A DNA stretch of 31,287 bases from a virus. Taxonomy: Duplodnaviria; Caudoviricetes. Under the pieces are notes generated by a model, which saw only the letters and a list, made by a program, of their open reading frames with translations, was not told the origin of the DNA and did no database searches. Location of the stretch: the IMG/VR virus record IMGVR_UViG_3300037634_004407, positions 1 to 31,287 of that record, one strand, 5' to 3'. Shown one piece after another: positions 17,285-24,755 of this stretch. Position 1 is the stretch's first letter, and every line of letters starts with the position of its first letter. A program made the translations under genes and the position numbers.

Positions 17285-19068
17285 TCCATGAGGGTAGCCT
17301 CAGAATTTTGGAGAGCCCCCGACAATGTCTTTATGGTCGTCCTCTTGCGATATGTGTGTGAACCATCATCTTCTGGGGGGTCAACGGCTACTAAACCTAG
17401 TCTCTGACGGGCGCAATCCAGCGCCAAGAAAGCGGCATCTGCTAAATCAGGGCTCCTCCCAAACCTCGCTTTATACTCTGGCTTGGACTCAATCTTCATT
17501 CGTAGCGTTGATCCTTTCACCATATCATAGTTCCTCCCCGTTATTTCTTGGGCTAAATCAGAGTTAACTCCAAAGATTTGACGAGTCCTCATCAATTCTT
17601 TTCCCACAAACCACAGCTCAGAAACACGGTTTACATATAACTCGGTGCCCACCAATTTACTATTAGCACTAACCCGCTTATCACTAGCTTTCCCCCCGAA
17701 AGAAATCCGCATGAATTTATTAGACCACTCCCCCGCCAGCACATCACAAAAGGGAGCCCCCGCCCCAGTGGCGTCAACGCTCACATTCTCTGGGAGTATC
17801 TTCAAGCGTTCGCAATGGTCCTTTATCTGCCTTACAATCTGGTAAGTCCTCGGCACTGCCTTGTTTGTCGCATCGTCATTGAGATGTATAGCGGAACAAA
17901 ATTCTAGAACATAATGACCCAACACATTATACCCACACTTAGCGGTGTATATGATCGTCCGGTCACCCCCATTAGTAAAGGCGGGGTCAATACCACACAA
18001 GCTGGTGGGGGTGCCTTGCCAGTCCACTGGGTTTAAAGCCCCACTTGTAGTTAGTTCATTCTCTGAGTAAATGCCTGTAGTCTCATCGCTATCAAAGAAT
18101 ACAGCACGGACCATCCGCATATAGCCTCGGCTCTCAACCCCAAGGAGAGCTTTGTCTTCATTTAATTTTTCCTGTGTGGGTAGCCATGGGTAAATAGTTT
18201 CCCCAGCCAAAATATTTGGGGATCGTTCCCCATCCAAACGTAAATACTTACCGTGCCATTTAGTTTCCCATTCGTCTGCGAGGTTGGTGTCCACACTATC
18301 CCACCCATCTTTAGGGGTAGCCCAGACTCCGAAAGCATCGAAGCGGCTATTAGGATTGGACATACCGATCATTTGGAATGAGGGGTTTTTAGACAGGTTT
18401 GTCAGACCCGCTTGTAAAATAGCCTCGGACAATTCCGATAGCTCATCCCCAATAAGAATCACCCTCTTTTGCTTGATGCCGATGAACTTACCTACTGCTT
18501 CTTTGGTCTTGCTCTTTTCTGCGGAGATCAAAGAAATTCCCGCTCGTTCTATCAAAATATCTTTTTCGTTTACATAAGATGCGTTGCCGATTGAATCCCG
18601 AATCTTGATTGGTGCATCATCAATCACGGACAGTAGAGACATAACACTACCCCAAATACGCTTTCTGGCTTCACGAAGCGTGGTGGATGTCATAAGAACA
18701 AGGGTGTCCTGTGGTTGGCTCAACCAATTTATGATCCCCCATGCAGCCATTGTGTGACTCTTTCCCGATGAAGCACTTCCCCCTACCGCTAGGTATTTAT
18801 TTTCTAGGGCAGCGCGGATCATTAACTCAGCCCAAGGATGCTTGACCATTAATTTTTCGGGGAGATCATCCCTATTCCACAGCTCGTCGCACAGTCTCCA
18901 GAAATAATATTCCCTAATGACAGCTTCTTCATGGTTAGCGAACCCATAGAGTAAAGCAGTTAACAGACTTGTTGGGGGTATTTGAAACCCACCCACATCC
19001 ATCCGCTTTGTTTCAGGATCAATATAAGGCTCCAGTAACTGCTTGCTCCTTGTATCCTTTAAAGACAT
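17281..19068 (-). CDS. terL: terminase large subunit
   Basis: Walker A GSASSGKS, Walker B ILIGDE, coupling motif GMSNP, RNase H-like nuclease GIDPAFTNGGD...SPDLADA. ATG at 19068 is preferred over TTG at 19083. Confidence 0.9.
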   Translation of the reverse strand: MSLKDTRSKQLLEPYIDPETKRMDVGGFQIPPTSLLTALLYGFANHEEAVIREYYFWRLCDELWNRDDLPEKLMVKHPWAELMIRAALENKYLAVGGSASSGKSHTMAAWGIINWLSQPQDTLVLMTSTTLREARKRIWGSVMSLLSVIDDAPIKIRDSIGNASYVNEKDILIERAGISLISAEKSKTKEAVGKFIGIKQKRVILIGDELSELSEAILQAGLTNLSKNPSFQMIGMSNPNSRFDAFGVWATPKDGWDSVDTNLADEWETKWHGKYLRLDGERSPNILAGETIYPWLPTQEKLNEDKALLGVESRGYMRMVRAVFFDSDETTGIYSENELTTSGALNPVDWQGTPTSLCGIDPAFTNGGDRTIIYTAKCGYNVLGHYVLEFCSAIHLNDDATNKAVPRTYQIVRQIKDHCERLKILPENVSVDATGAGAPFCDVLAGEWSNKFMRISFGGKASDKRVSANSKLVGTELYVNRVSELWFVGKELMRTRQIFGVNSDLAQEITGRNYDMVKGSTLRMKIESKPEYKARFGRSPDLADAAFLALDCARQRLGLVAVDPPEDDGSHTYRKRTTIKTLSGALQNSEATLMD

Positions 19069-19108
19069 AAGTATATTAAACAATAGAGCTTAAAAGCATG
19101 GGTAGCAA
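19050..19108. promoter_or_regulatory. overlapping divergent promoters between terL and the HTH/terS-like gene
   Basis: Plus strand: TTGTAT (19050-19055), 16 nt, TATATT (19072-19077). Minus strand: TTGCTA (19108-19103), 17 nt, TATTGT (19085-19080). Only 29 nt separate the two ATGs. Confidence 0.5.
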
Positions 19109-19667
19109 TTCCAAAGAAGAAATTCAAGAACGGGCAGTCCAGATGTATCACAAGGATTGGAAAACATCTGCTATTGCAAAAGAACTAGGTGTACATTCAG
19201 GAACCATCCGAAGGTGGTTCAAAAAAAGAGGTATACCAGCGAGGAACGAAGCGGGTTTAAAACCAGAGGAACAGGTGGCCCCAGATAAACTAGCACAAGA
19301 TATCGAACAGAACCTAGAAAACATGACGGATGCCGCTGTTATGGCGGCTAAACATGACGCACGCCTAGAAGAGGATAAAGCAATGATGGAAATCGCGGAG
19401 AGCCAGAGCACCCCTGCGGCGAAGTATCAGCACTATATGGCAGCAGCAGCAATTAAACTCGCCCGAGATGGTATGAAGAATGTGCGCGGTCCAAGAACGG
19501 TGAAGGAGTTGTCGGAGCTAGACCAACTCATCCGCAGGAATTTGGGGCTGAACTCAAAAGCACCTAACGCCGCCAGTAAGATGCAGATCGATATATCTAT
19601 CTTGAACAACAGGAAGGCAGATCGGGGCAGAGGGGCAATCATAGACATAGAACCCAATGATAAATAA
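19098..19667 (+). CDS. N-terminal HTH DNA-binding protein, putative terminase small subunit
   Basis: HTH TSAIAKELGVHSGTIRRWF, helical oligomerisation-like middle, C-terminal IDISIL...IIDIEP tail. Adjacent to terL but divergent. Confidence 0.55.
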   Translation: MGSNSKEEIQERAVQMYHKDWKTSAIAKELGVHSGTIRRWFKKRGIPARNEAGLKPEEQVAPDKLAQDIEQNLENMTDAAVMAAKHDARLEEDKAMMEIAESQSTPAAKYQHYMAAAAIKLARDGMKNVRGPRTVKELSELDQLIRRNLGLNSKAPNAASKMQIDISILNNRKADRGRGAIIDIEPNDK

Positions 19668-20013
19668 CTTTGATAACTTCTCATGGGACTACAACGCAGC
19701 GGACGACCCCTACGCTAAAAGGAGTGCGTCTAGCTTTCCTACAGGTGGGGGCGGTAGCGTAGGCCCGAAAGAACCTTGTTACACAGAAATCGTTTTCTTC
19801 CACCAATTAGAGGAGGCTCTGCTCGGAGTAGTCGAACATACGCTCGGACCTCCTGTGGCTTGCTACAGTAGTTCTATTGCTTTGGCTATTCTACAACAGG
19901 AGCATGGGCTGACCCCAGAGGACGCACGCTTTGCTTTAACCCAGCTCATAGATTGTGATCTCGGCCCAGCGGCACCGTGCTTCCTAGATACTTCCATCGT
20001 AGAAAAGGAATGA
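19657..20013 (+). CDS. conserved phage hypothetical protein
   Basis: EEALLGVV...VACYS...ILQQEHGLTPEDA...PCF resembles a widespread small protein of aquatic phages. Overlaps its neighbours. Confidence 0.65.
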   Translation: MINNFDNFSWDYNAADDPYAKRSASSFPTGGGGSVGPKEPCYTEIVFFHQLEEALLGVVEHTLGPPVACYSSSIALAILQQEHGLTPEDARFALTQLIDCDLGPAAPCFLDTSIVEKE

Positions 20014-20243
20014 CCCTGTTTAAGAACAAAGAGCTAGTGCATGATCCTAAAGTTCTCATCCGCCAAGAAAACTCAACCAAGGATGACTTCTCATTTGTGG
20101 TGAGACAATTGGAGGGGGGTTTTTACAGAGTCATCCCGAGTAATGCGAAGGAGGTTTCGTTCCTCCAAGGGTTGAAGAAGAATGTATTCATATACTCTCC
20201 CGCAGAGGGGGACGGTCTTATAGTTACACTGAATCTGTTTTGA
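20010..20243 (+). CDS. hypothetical protein (77 aa)
   Basis: ATG 20010 overlaps the previous TGA (ATGA), so it is preferred over the track start at 19977. Confidence 0.6.
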   Translation: MTLFKNKELVHDPKVLIRQENSTKDDFSFVVRQLEGGFYRVIPSNAKEVSFLQGLKKNVFIYSPAEGDGLIVTLNLF

Positions 20244-20737
20244 TTATCGGCATTGATAACGGGCTGGACGGGGGGCTTTGCGCCATCTCCCGATGCAGTG
20301 GTAGTGTCATAGATAAAATCGCAATGCCCACCAAGTGGGTGAGCAAGAAGCGAGAGATTGATGTGGCCGTCATCAAACAGTGGATTCTAGATTTGAACAC
20401 CCCCTTCGTCCTTGCTGTAGAAGAACCACTAGTTCACGCGAAAAGTTCGCAGGCCGTGCGCTCCATGGCGTTGAGTTTTGGGAAGCTCATGGGGTTGGCG
20501 GAGTCCCATGGGTATGAGACCTTCAGAGTCTCTGTGCACAAATGGCAAAAGATCATGCTCGGTTACAGGCCAAAGGGGATGACCAAAAAAGTTGCCCTCG
20601 TTAGAGCCGAGGATTTGGCCCCACAGGAGAACTGGCTCAAAAATAAGCGGTGTCGGAAACCCCACGATGGTATGGTAGACGCCTTTTTGATCGCTCGATA
20701 TCTGTGGGGATTGAAAAAACTTGAACAAACTGTTTGA
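20240..20737 (+). CDS. RuvC-like Holliday junction resolvase
   Basis: IIGIDNGLDGG at the N-terminus, central VEEP, C-terminal HDGMVDAFLIA: the acidic RNase H-fold catalytic set. Confidence 0.8.
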   Translation: MIIGIDNGLDGGLCAISRCSGSVIDKIAMPTKWVSKKREIDVAVIKQWILDLNTPFVLAVEEPLVHAKSSQAVRSMALSFGKLMGLAESHGYETFRVSVHKWQKIMLGYRPKGMTKKVALVRAEDLAPQENWLKNKRCRKPHDGMVDAFLIARYLWGLKKLEQTV

Positions 20738-20769
20738 CCACAAACGGTGGGTGGGGCATGGTTACCGCC
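20734..20769 (+). promoter_or_regulatory. possible leaderless promoter for the replication genes
   Basis: TTGACC (20734-20739), 17 nt, CATGGT (a weak -10), 7 nt, ATG 20770. A CAAAC-T-GTTTG palindrome overlaps the -35. Confidence 0.3.
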
Positions 20770-21879
20770 ATGCGATCACCGGACCACAAAGAGAGAGGAC
20801 ACGCGGAGTTCTCCCCCAGCAGCCTCAAATACTGTGCGGGATGTGCTGGTTATAAAGGACGGGACGGATCATCGGCAGCAGCCGAGATGGGGACAAGAAT
20901 CCACGAAGCCCTTGAGATCACTGACTCGTCTAACCTTCAGTCAGAAGAAGAAGTTTCCATCTTCCACGAGATCCTAAACGATCAAGATGAGTATCTCCAG
21001 AACTACGGTCAGCCTCAAGAGAGTTACAAAGAGATACTTCTGGATATCGCCCTCACGGGAACATCTACTTATGGGACATGCGATTTGTTAAATGTGTATG
21101 AGGGCACTAAGGGGGTGTTGATCGATTATAAAACGGGGATCTCCCAGATCGACACCCCCGACAAAAATTGGCAAGCAAAGGGTTACACAGTTGGATGCTT
21201 CCAACGCTTCCCCGACCTTGAGACAATTGAATTCGTTTTCTTCGTTCCGCAGCGGAATGAAATTCTCTCCCACACATTCAACCGCTCCGACTTGGAAACT
21301 ATGGTCGAGGAACTCTCCGAGGTAATTCTCCGAGCGGAAGAAGTGAGACCTAAATGGGACGAAGGAGCCCCCGATCTTTCAGACCTTACCCCTACCGTGA
21401 ATTGTAGGTTCTGTAAATTTGAGGATGTGTGCCCTGCGTTAGGGGGGCTAGTGGTTGAAGTAGCAAAGAAGATCAATCCGCGAATGCCAGATGTTGATAT
21501 AGACTCAACCGAAGATCCAATGGTTGTTGAGCAGTTGTGGGCAATAGCGAATATAGTTACCAATTGGGCGGCTGGGTTTAAAAAACGTGCCGTCGGTTTA
21601 GCTAAGGACGGGATGGAATTTCCAAACCTGCAACTGAAGACAACAAACGGGGCCAGAAAAGTAACCGACAAAAGTAAGTTCTTAGAGGTCGCCTACTACT
21701 ATGGGCTGGATTCAGAAGCAATTTTTAAAGAGCTTAACATCCCTCTGGCGAAGATAGCAAAAGCTATCGGGGATAAAGCGGATCGTGGTGAGAAACGAAA
21801 CCTCACCAATGCCTTCCTCGATGAGGTGGAAACAAAGGGCATAATTGAAACATCTCCCCCGCGACACACATTGTCGTAG
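20770..21879 (+). CDS. Cas4-like PD-(D/E)XK exonuclease (DUF2800-type)
   Basis: FSPSS...CAG, GTRIHEALE, GTCDL, IDYKTG, and C-terminal CRFCKFEDVCP Fe-S cysteines. Typical neighbour of SSB and PolA. Confidence 0.85.
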   Translation: MRSPDHKERGHAEFSPSSLKYCAGCAGYKGRDGSSAAAEMGTRIHEALEITDSSNLQSEEEVSIFHEILNDQDEYLQNYGQPQESYKEILLDIALTGTSTYGTCDLLNVYEGTKGVLIDYKTGISQIDTPDKNWQAKGYTVGCFQRFPDLETIEFVFFVPQRNEILSHTFNRSDLETMVEELSEVILRAEEVRPKWDEGAPDLSDLTPTVNCRFCKFEDVCPALGGLVVEVAKKINPRMPDVDIDSTEDPMVVEQLWAIANIVTNWAAGFKKRAVGLAKDGMEFPNLQLKTTNGARKVTDKSKFLEVAYYYGLDSEAIFKELNIPLAKIAKAIGDKADRGEKRNLTNAFLDEVETKGIIETSPPRHTLS

Positions 21880-21882
21880 GGA

Positions 21883-21914
21883 AAACAAGAAACAAGAAAC
21901 AAGAAACAAGAAAC
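21883..21914 (+). repeat. 7-bp tandem repeat AAAC(AAGAAAC)x4 filling the 5' leader of the SSB-like gene
   Basis: gaaaac-aagaaac-aagaaac-aagaaac-aagaaac-ATG, read directly. Confidence 0.95.
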
Positions 21915-22574
21915 ATGAGTGATACTACTGAGCTTGCAAAAGCACCTGTTAACGCGCTGTCTTCATCGTCAGCACTACCATCAACTGTTGAACACAGTGA
22001 CATCGACATCCCCCGCGTGAATGTCGTACAAAAAACCTCCGACATCACTGGGCCTGATGGGGAGCCAGCTCCATATGGGGCTCTCGTACTGGATAAGAGA
22101 TTTATCCTAGCGGCCCCAGAAGAAGACATCAAAGTTGTTCCCCTGATCGCAATGAAAGCATGGCGTGAGGATGTTCCCTTTGATTCTGACGACATCCCCA
22201 GAATCGCTAATTCCATTGAGGAGAAGCACGCGCTGGGTTTGGACTCTGAATATCCTATCCTTGAATTTGCAGAGATCACTCTCTTGTTCAAAGGCGGGAA
22301 AGAAGACATCGAGGCATTTCCATTCCCTCTGGGTAAAGGCAATTATGCTCTCGGGAAAATTAATGTCGCCAAGGATGCCTATCGGCTGACCTTCAAAAGG
22401 TTGATCACGTTCGCTAGGTTCAATGGGGATACCCCGAGCTACGCACGGTTGTGGAAGTTCAAATCCACATCCATCACCCGTGGTAAATACAGTTGGTTCG
22501 CACCTAGTCTCTCCATCACAGATGAAGCGCCTAGCAAAGAAGTCCTGTCTTTCGTGGAGAATGTTGTCGGATAA
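21915..22574 (+). CDS. putative single-stranded DNA-binding protein
   Basis: DIDIPRVNVVQKTS and GKYSWFAP motifs, beta-rich. Lies between the Cas4-like nuclease and PolA, where phage SSBs usually sit. Confidence 0.55.
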   Translation: MSDTTELAKAPVNALSSSSALPSTVEHSDIDIPRVNVVQKTSDITGPDGEPAPYGALVLDKRFILAAPEEDIKVVPLIAMKAWREDVPFDSDDIPRIANSIEEKHALGLDSEYPILEFAEITLLFKGGKEDIEAFPFPLGKGNYALGKINVAKDAYRLTFKRLITFARFNGDTPSYARLWKFKSTSITRGKYSWFAPSLSITDEAPSKEVLSFVENVVG

Positions 22575-22579
22575 AGCTT

Positions 22580-22819
22580 ATGTCATCCGAAACAACATTG
22601 AAACTCGACCCTAAGTTGGTCTTTGAGAAAGAGATAATAGCCACTAAGGAAACCATTAAGAAGCTGGAGAAAATTGTAGACAACTCCAACACGGCATTAG
22701 TGGCGACCAAAATACTATTGAGTGGTCTTGAGACTAATCTGAAGTCCCTTCCTGAACAATCGGAGATCTCTCTGGTAGTAGAGGAAGAAGCTGTCCCAAC
22801 ACCTGACAGTGTCGGGTAG
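22580..22819 (+). CDS. small coiled-coil hypothetical protein (79 aa)
   Basis: Heptad-like L/I pattern, 5 nt after the SSB-like stop. Confidence 0.6.
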   Translation: MSSETTLKLDPKLVFEKEIIATKETIKKLEKIVDNSNTALVATKILLSGLETNLKSLPEQSEISLVVEEEAVPTPDSVG

Positions 22820-22841
22820 GCAATGCGGCGGCCTGTTGGAT

Positions 22842-22961
22842 TGGGCTGGTTATCAAATGCGCCTGTGGGTAATCGCATAAAAGCCCACCTCCTCTTCCCC
22901 GCTCCTGTAGGGCCACTGCCAGTCTGGAAACAGTCGTTGGTTCTAACAGGAGCGGGGTTTT
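22842..22961 (+). other. structured intergenic element (regulatory RNA, terminator-like or origin) upstream of DNA polymerase
   Basis: 12-bp perfect stem CCCCGCTCCTGT/ACAGGAGCGGGG followed by TTTT, inner AGGGCCA/TGGTTCT helix, CTG-GAAA-CAG tetraloop. Upstream ATGCG/CGCAT and TGGGCT/AGCCCA helices. Confidence 0.6.
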
Positions 22962-22973
22962 CCTTGTAACATT

Positions 22974-24755
22974 ATGAATAAAAAAAATATCTACGCTGTA
23001 GATTTCGAGACTTACTACGACAAAGAATGCTCAATCAAAACCTTGGGGGCATTGGGCTACTTCAGCCACCCCAGTTTTGATGCTTACATGGTCTCAGTGG
23101 TGGGCACTGAAGGAACTAATTTCGTGGGGCACCCCAAAGATTTTGATTGGGATGTTCTGAATGATGGGGTTGTCCTGTCCCACAATGCGAGCTTTGACGA
23201 AACCCTCTACCTCTATGGGGTTGAGAGAAAATGGTGGCCCACATGTAAACCCGCCGAATGGCATTGCACTGCAGACATGGTGGCCTATTTCAAATTACCT
23301 AGATCTTTGAAAGGGTCCACTGGCGTGCTCTTTGATCTCACCGTTGATAAGAGCACCAGAGATAACATGGCGGGTAAACGGTGGGAGGACATGACTGAGG
23401 AATTCCGCGCAGAGGTGAGCGAGTATGCTTTAAAGGACAGTGTGCTATGTCTGCGCCTATGGGAGACTTTAAGTGAAGATTGGCCTACGTTTGAGAGGGA
23501 GATCAGTCGAGCCAACCGTAAGATAGTGCAAACAGGGATACCCATCGACGAGGATCTCCTAAAGAAACAACGGGAAATTATAGCCGAAGCACTATATGAA
23601 GCTGAGGAAAACATCCCTTGGATGGGGGAGAAGCCCCTGCTTAGTAGGGCCGCGTTCGATGAACAGTGCCTTCTTGTGGGGATCACACCCCCCGTCAGTC
23701 TGTCTGAGGCTGATGCAGAGTCCCAAGAATGGGTGGAGTTCCACAGCAAGCAGCACAAGTGGGTGGGAGCTGTAAAAAATTGGAGAAGGATAAATTCACT
23801 CAAAAAGAAACTAGCGAGTTTCGACTATGCCACAATGCCAGACGGCAGATACTACGGAGGCTGCATGTATTTTGGGGCGCACACAGGCCGCTTTAGTGGG
23901 TCGGGGGGAAACCTCAATCTCCAGAACCTGCCCAGAAAGGAGCTATTCGGAGTTAACCTGCGCCACCTCATCTGCCCCCCGCCTGACAAAAAATTGATCG
24001 TAGTGGACCTATCCCAGATTGAAGTAAGAACACTTTGCTGGTTAGCTGGGGATCGGGAAATGCTGGACGAAATTGAAGCAACTGAAGATATCTACGAAGC
24101 ATTTGCAATAAGGTTTGGTATGTGGAATAAAGATGATGGTATCCTAAAGAAGGAAGATCCTGCCAAACGCCGCAACGTAAAGACAATGGTTCTGGGGTGT
24201 GGCTACGGAGCGGGAGTCTCGCGATTCGCGACAATGTCGGGGATCACTGAAGAGGAGGCGTCAACGCGTGTGGGAATATACAGAAACCAGATGAACAAAG
24301 TTAAGGCTCTGTGGTATGCATATAACGGGGACATAGAGGGCTCCTACGAGGCAAGTAAACACGCCCCCACTGAACTTACTGTGGATCTCCCAAGTGGGAG
24401 GATTCTTAACTATGGGGTTTTGCGTAGGTGGTGTGAGGATGGTCGGAACCACTACACTACGTCGGTCCCAAGGCACGGTAAAAATATCACCGTCAGACTT
24501 TGGGGAGGGCTCATAGCCGAGAACGCATCCCAAGCATTAGCGCGGGACATTTTTTCTGACATGCTGCTGCGGGTTGAGGCCGCTGGGTATAAGATTATCA
24601 TGCACGTTCATGATGAACTTGTTGTAGAGGAGGACGCGGATAAAGCACAAGAGGCGCTCGACAACATCACACGCATAATGTCGGAACCACCAGAATGGAT
24701 ACCAGACATCCCCCTTGACGCTGAAGGGTCAATACTAACACGTTACGACAAATGA
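22974..24755 (+). CDS. polA: family A DNA polymerase with 3'-5' exonuclease
   Basis: Exo I VDFET, Exo II HNASFD, Exo III YALKD, TGRFS...NLQNLP, motif A DLSQIE, motif B RRNVKTMVLGCGYG, motif C VHDE. Confidence 0.95.
   Translation: MNKKNIYAVDFETYYDKECSIKTLGALGYFSHPSFDAYMVSVVGTEGTNFVGHPKDFDWDVLNDGVVLSHNASFDETLYLYGVERKWWPTCKPAEWHCTADMVAYFKLPRSLKGSTGVLFDLTVDKSTRDNMAGKRWEDMTEEFRAEVSEYALKDSVLCLRLWETLSEDWPTFEREISRANRKIVQTGIPIDEDLLKKQREIIAEALYEAEENIPWMGEKPLLSRAAFDEQCLLVGITPPVSLSEADAESQEWVEFHSKQHKWVGAVKNWRRINSLKKKLASFDYATMPDGRYYGGCMYFGAHTGRFSGSGGNLNLQNLPRKELFGVNLRHLICPPPDKKLIVVDLSQIEVRTLCWLAGDREMLDEIEATEDIYEAFAIRFGMWNKDDGILKKEDPAKRRNVKTMVLGCGYGAGVSRFATMSGITEEEASTRVGIYRNQMNKVKALWYAYNGDIEGSYEASKHAPTELTVDLPSGRILNYGVLRRWCEDGRNHYTTSVPRHGKNITVRLWGGLIAENASQALARDIFSDMLLRVEAAGYKIIMHVHDELVVEEDADKAQEALDNITRIMSEPPEWIPDIPLDAEGSILTRYDK

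Noticed and set aside
19069-19083. ORF-track alternative starts (terL TTG 19083; also 19977, 20734 and 31261)
   Set aside because: Better ATGs exist at 19068, 20010 and 20770, and the last ORF is open to the window edge.
20770-21914. Cas4-like gene followed by repeats as a CRISPR-related locus
   Set aside because: The repeats are 7-nt tandem units without spacers, there are no other cas genes, and this nuclease type is a normal phage replication/recombination gene.
22897-22920. CCCCGCTCCTGTAGGGCCACTG resembling cobalamin-riboswitch or pistol-ribozyme fragments
   Set aside because: The other conserved elements of those RNAs are absent, and the segment is fully explained by pairing with 22938-22957.
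22820-22973. tRNA gene in the intergenic gap
   Set aside because: No cloverleaf, no TTCRA T-loop and no acceptor stem.
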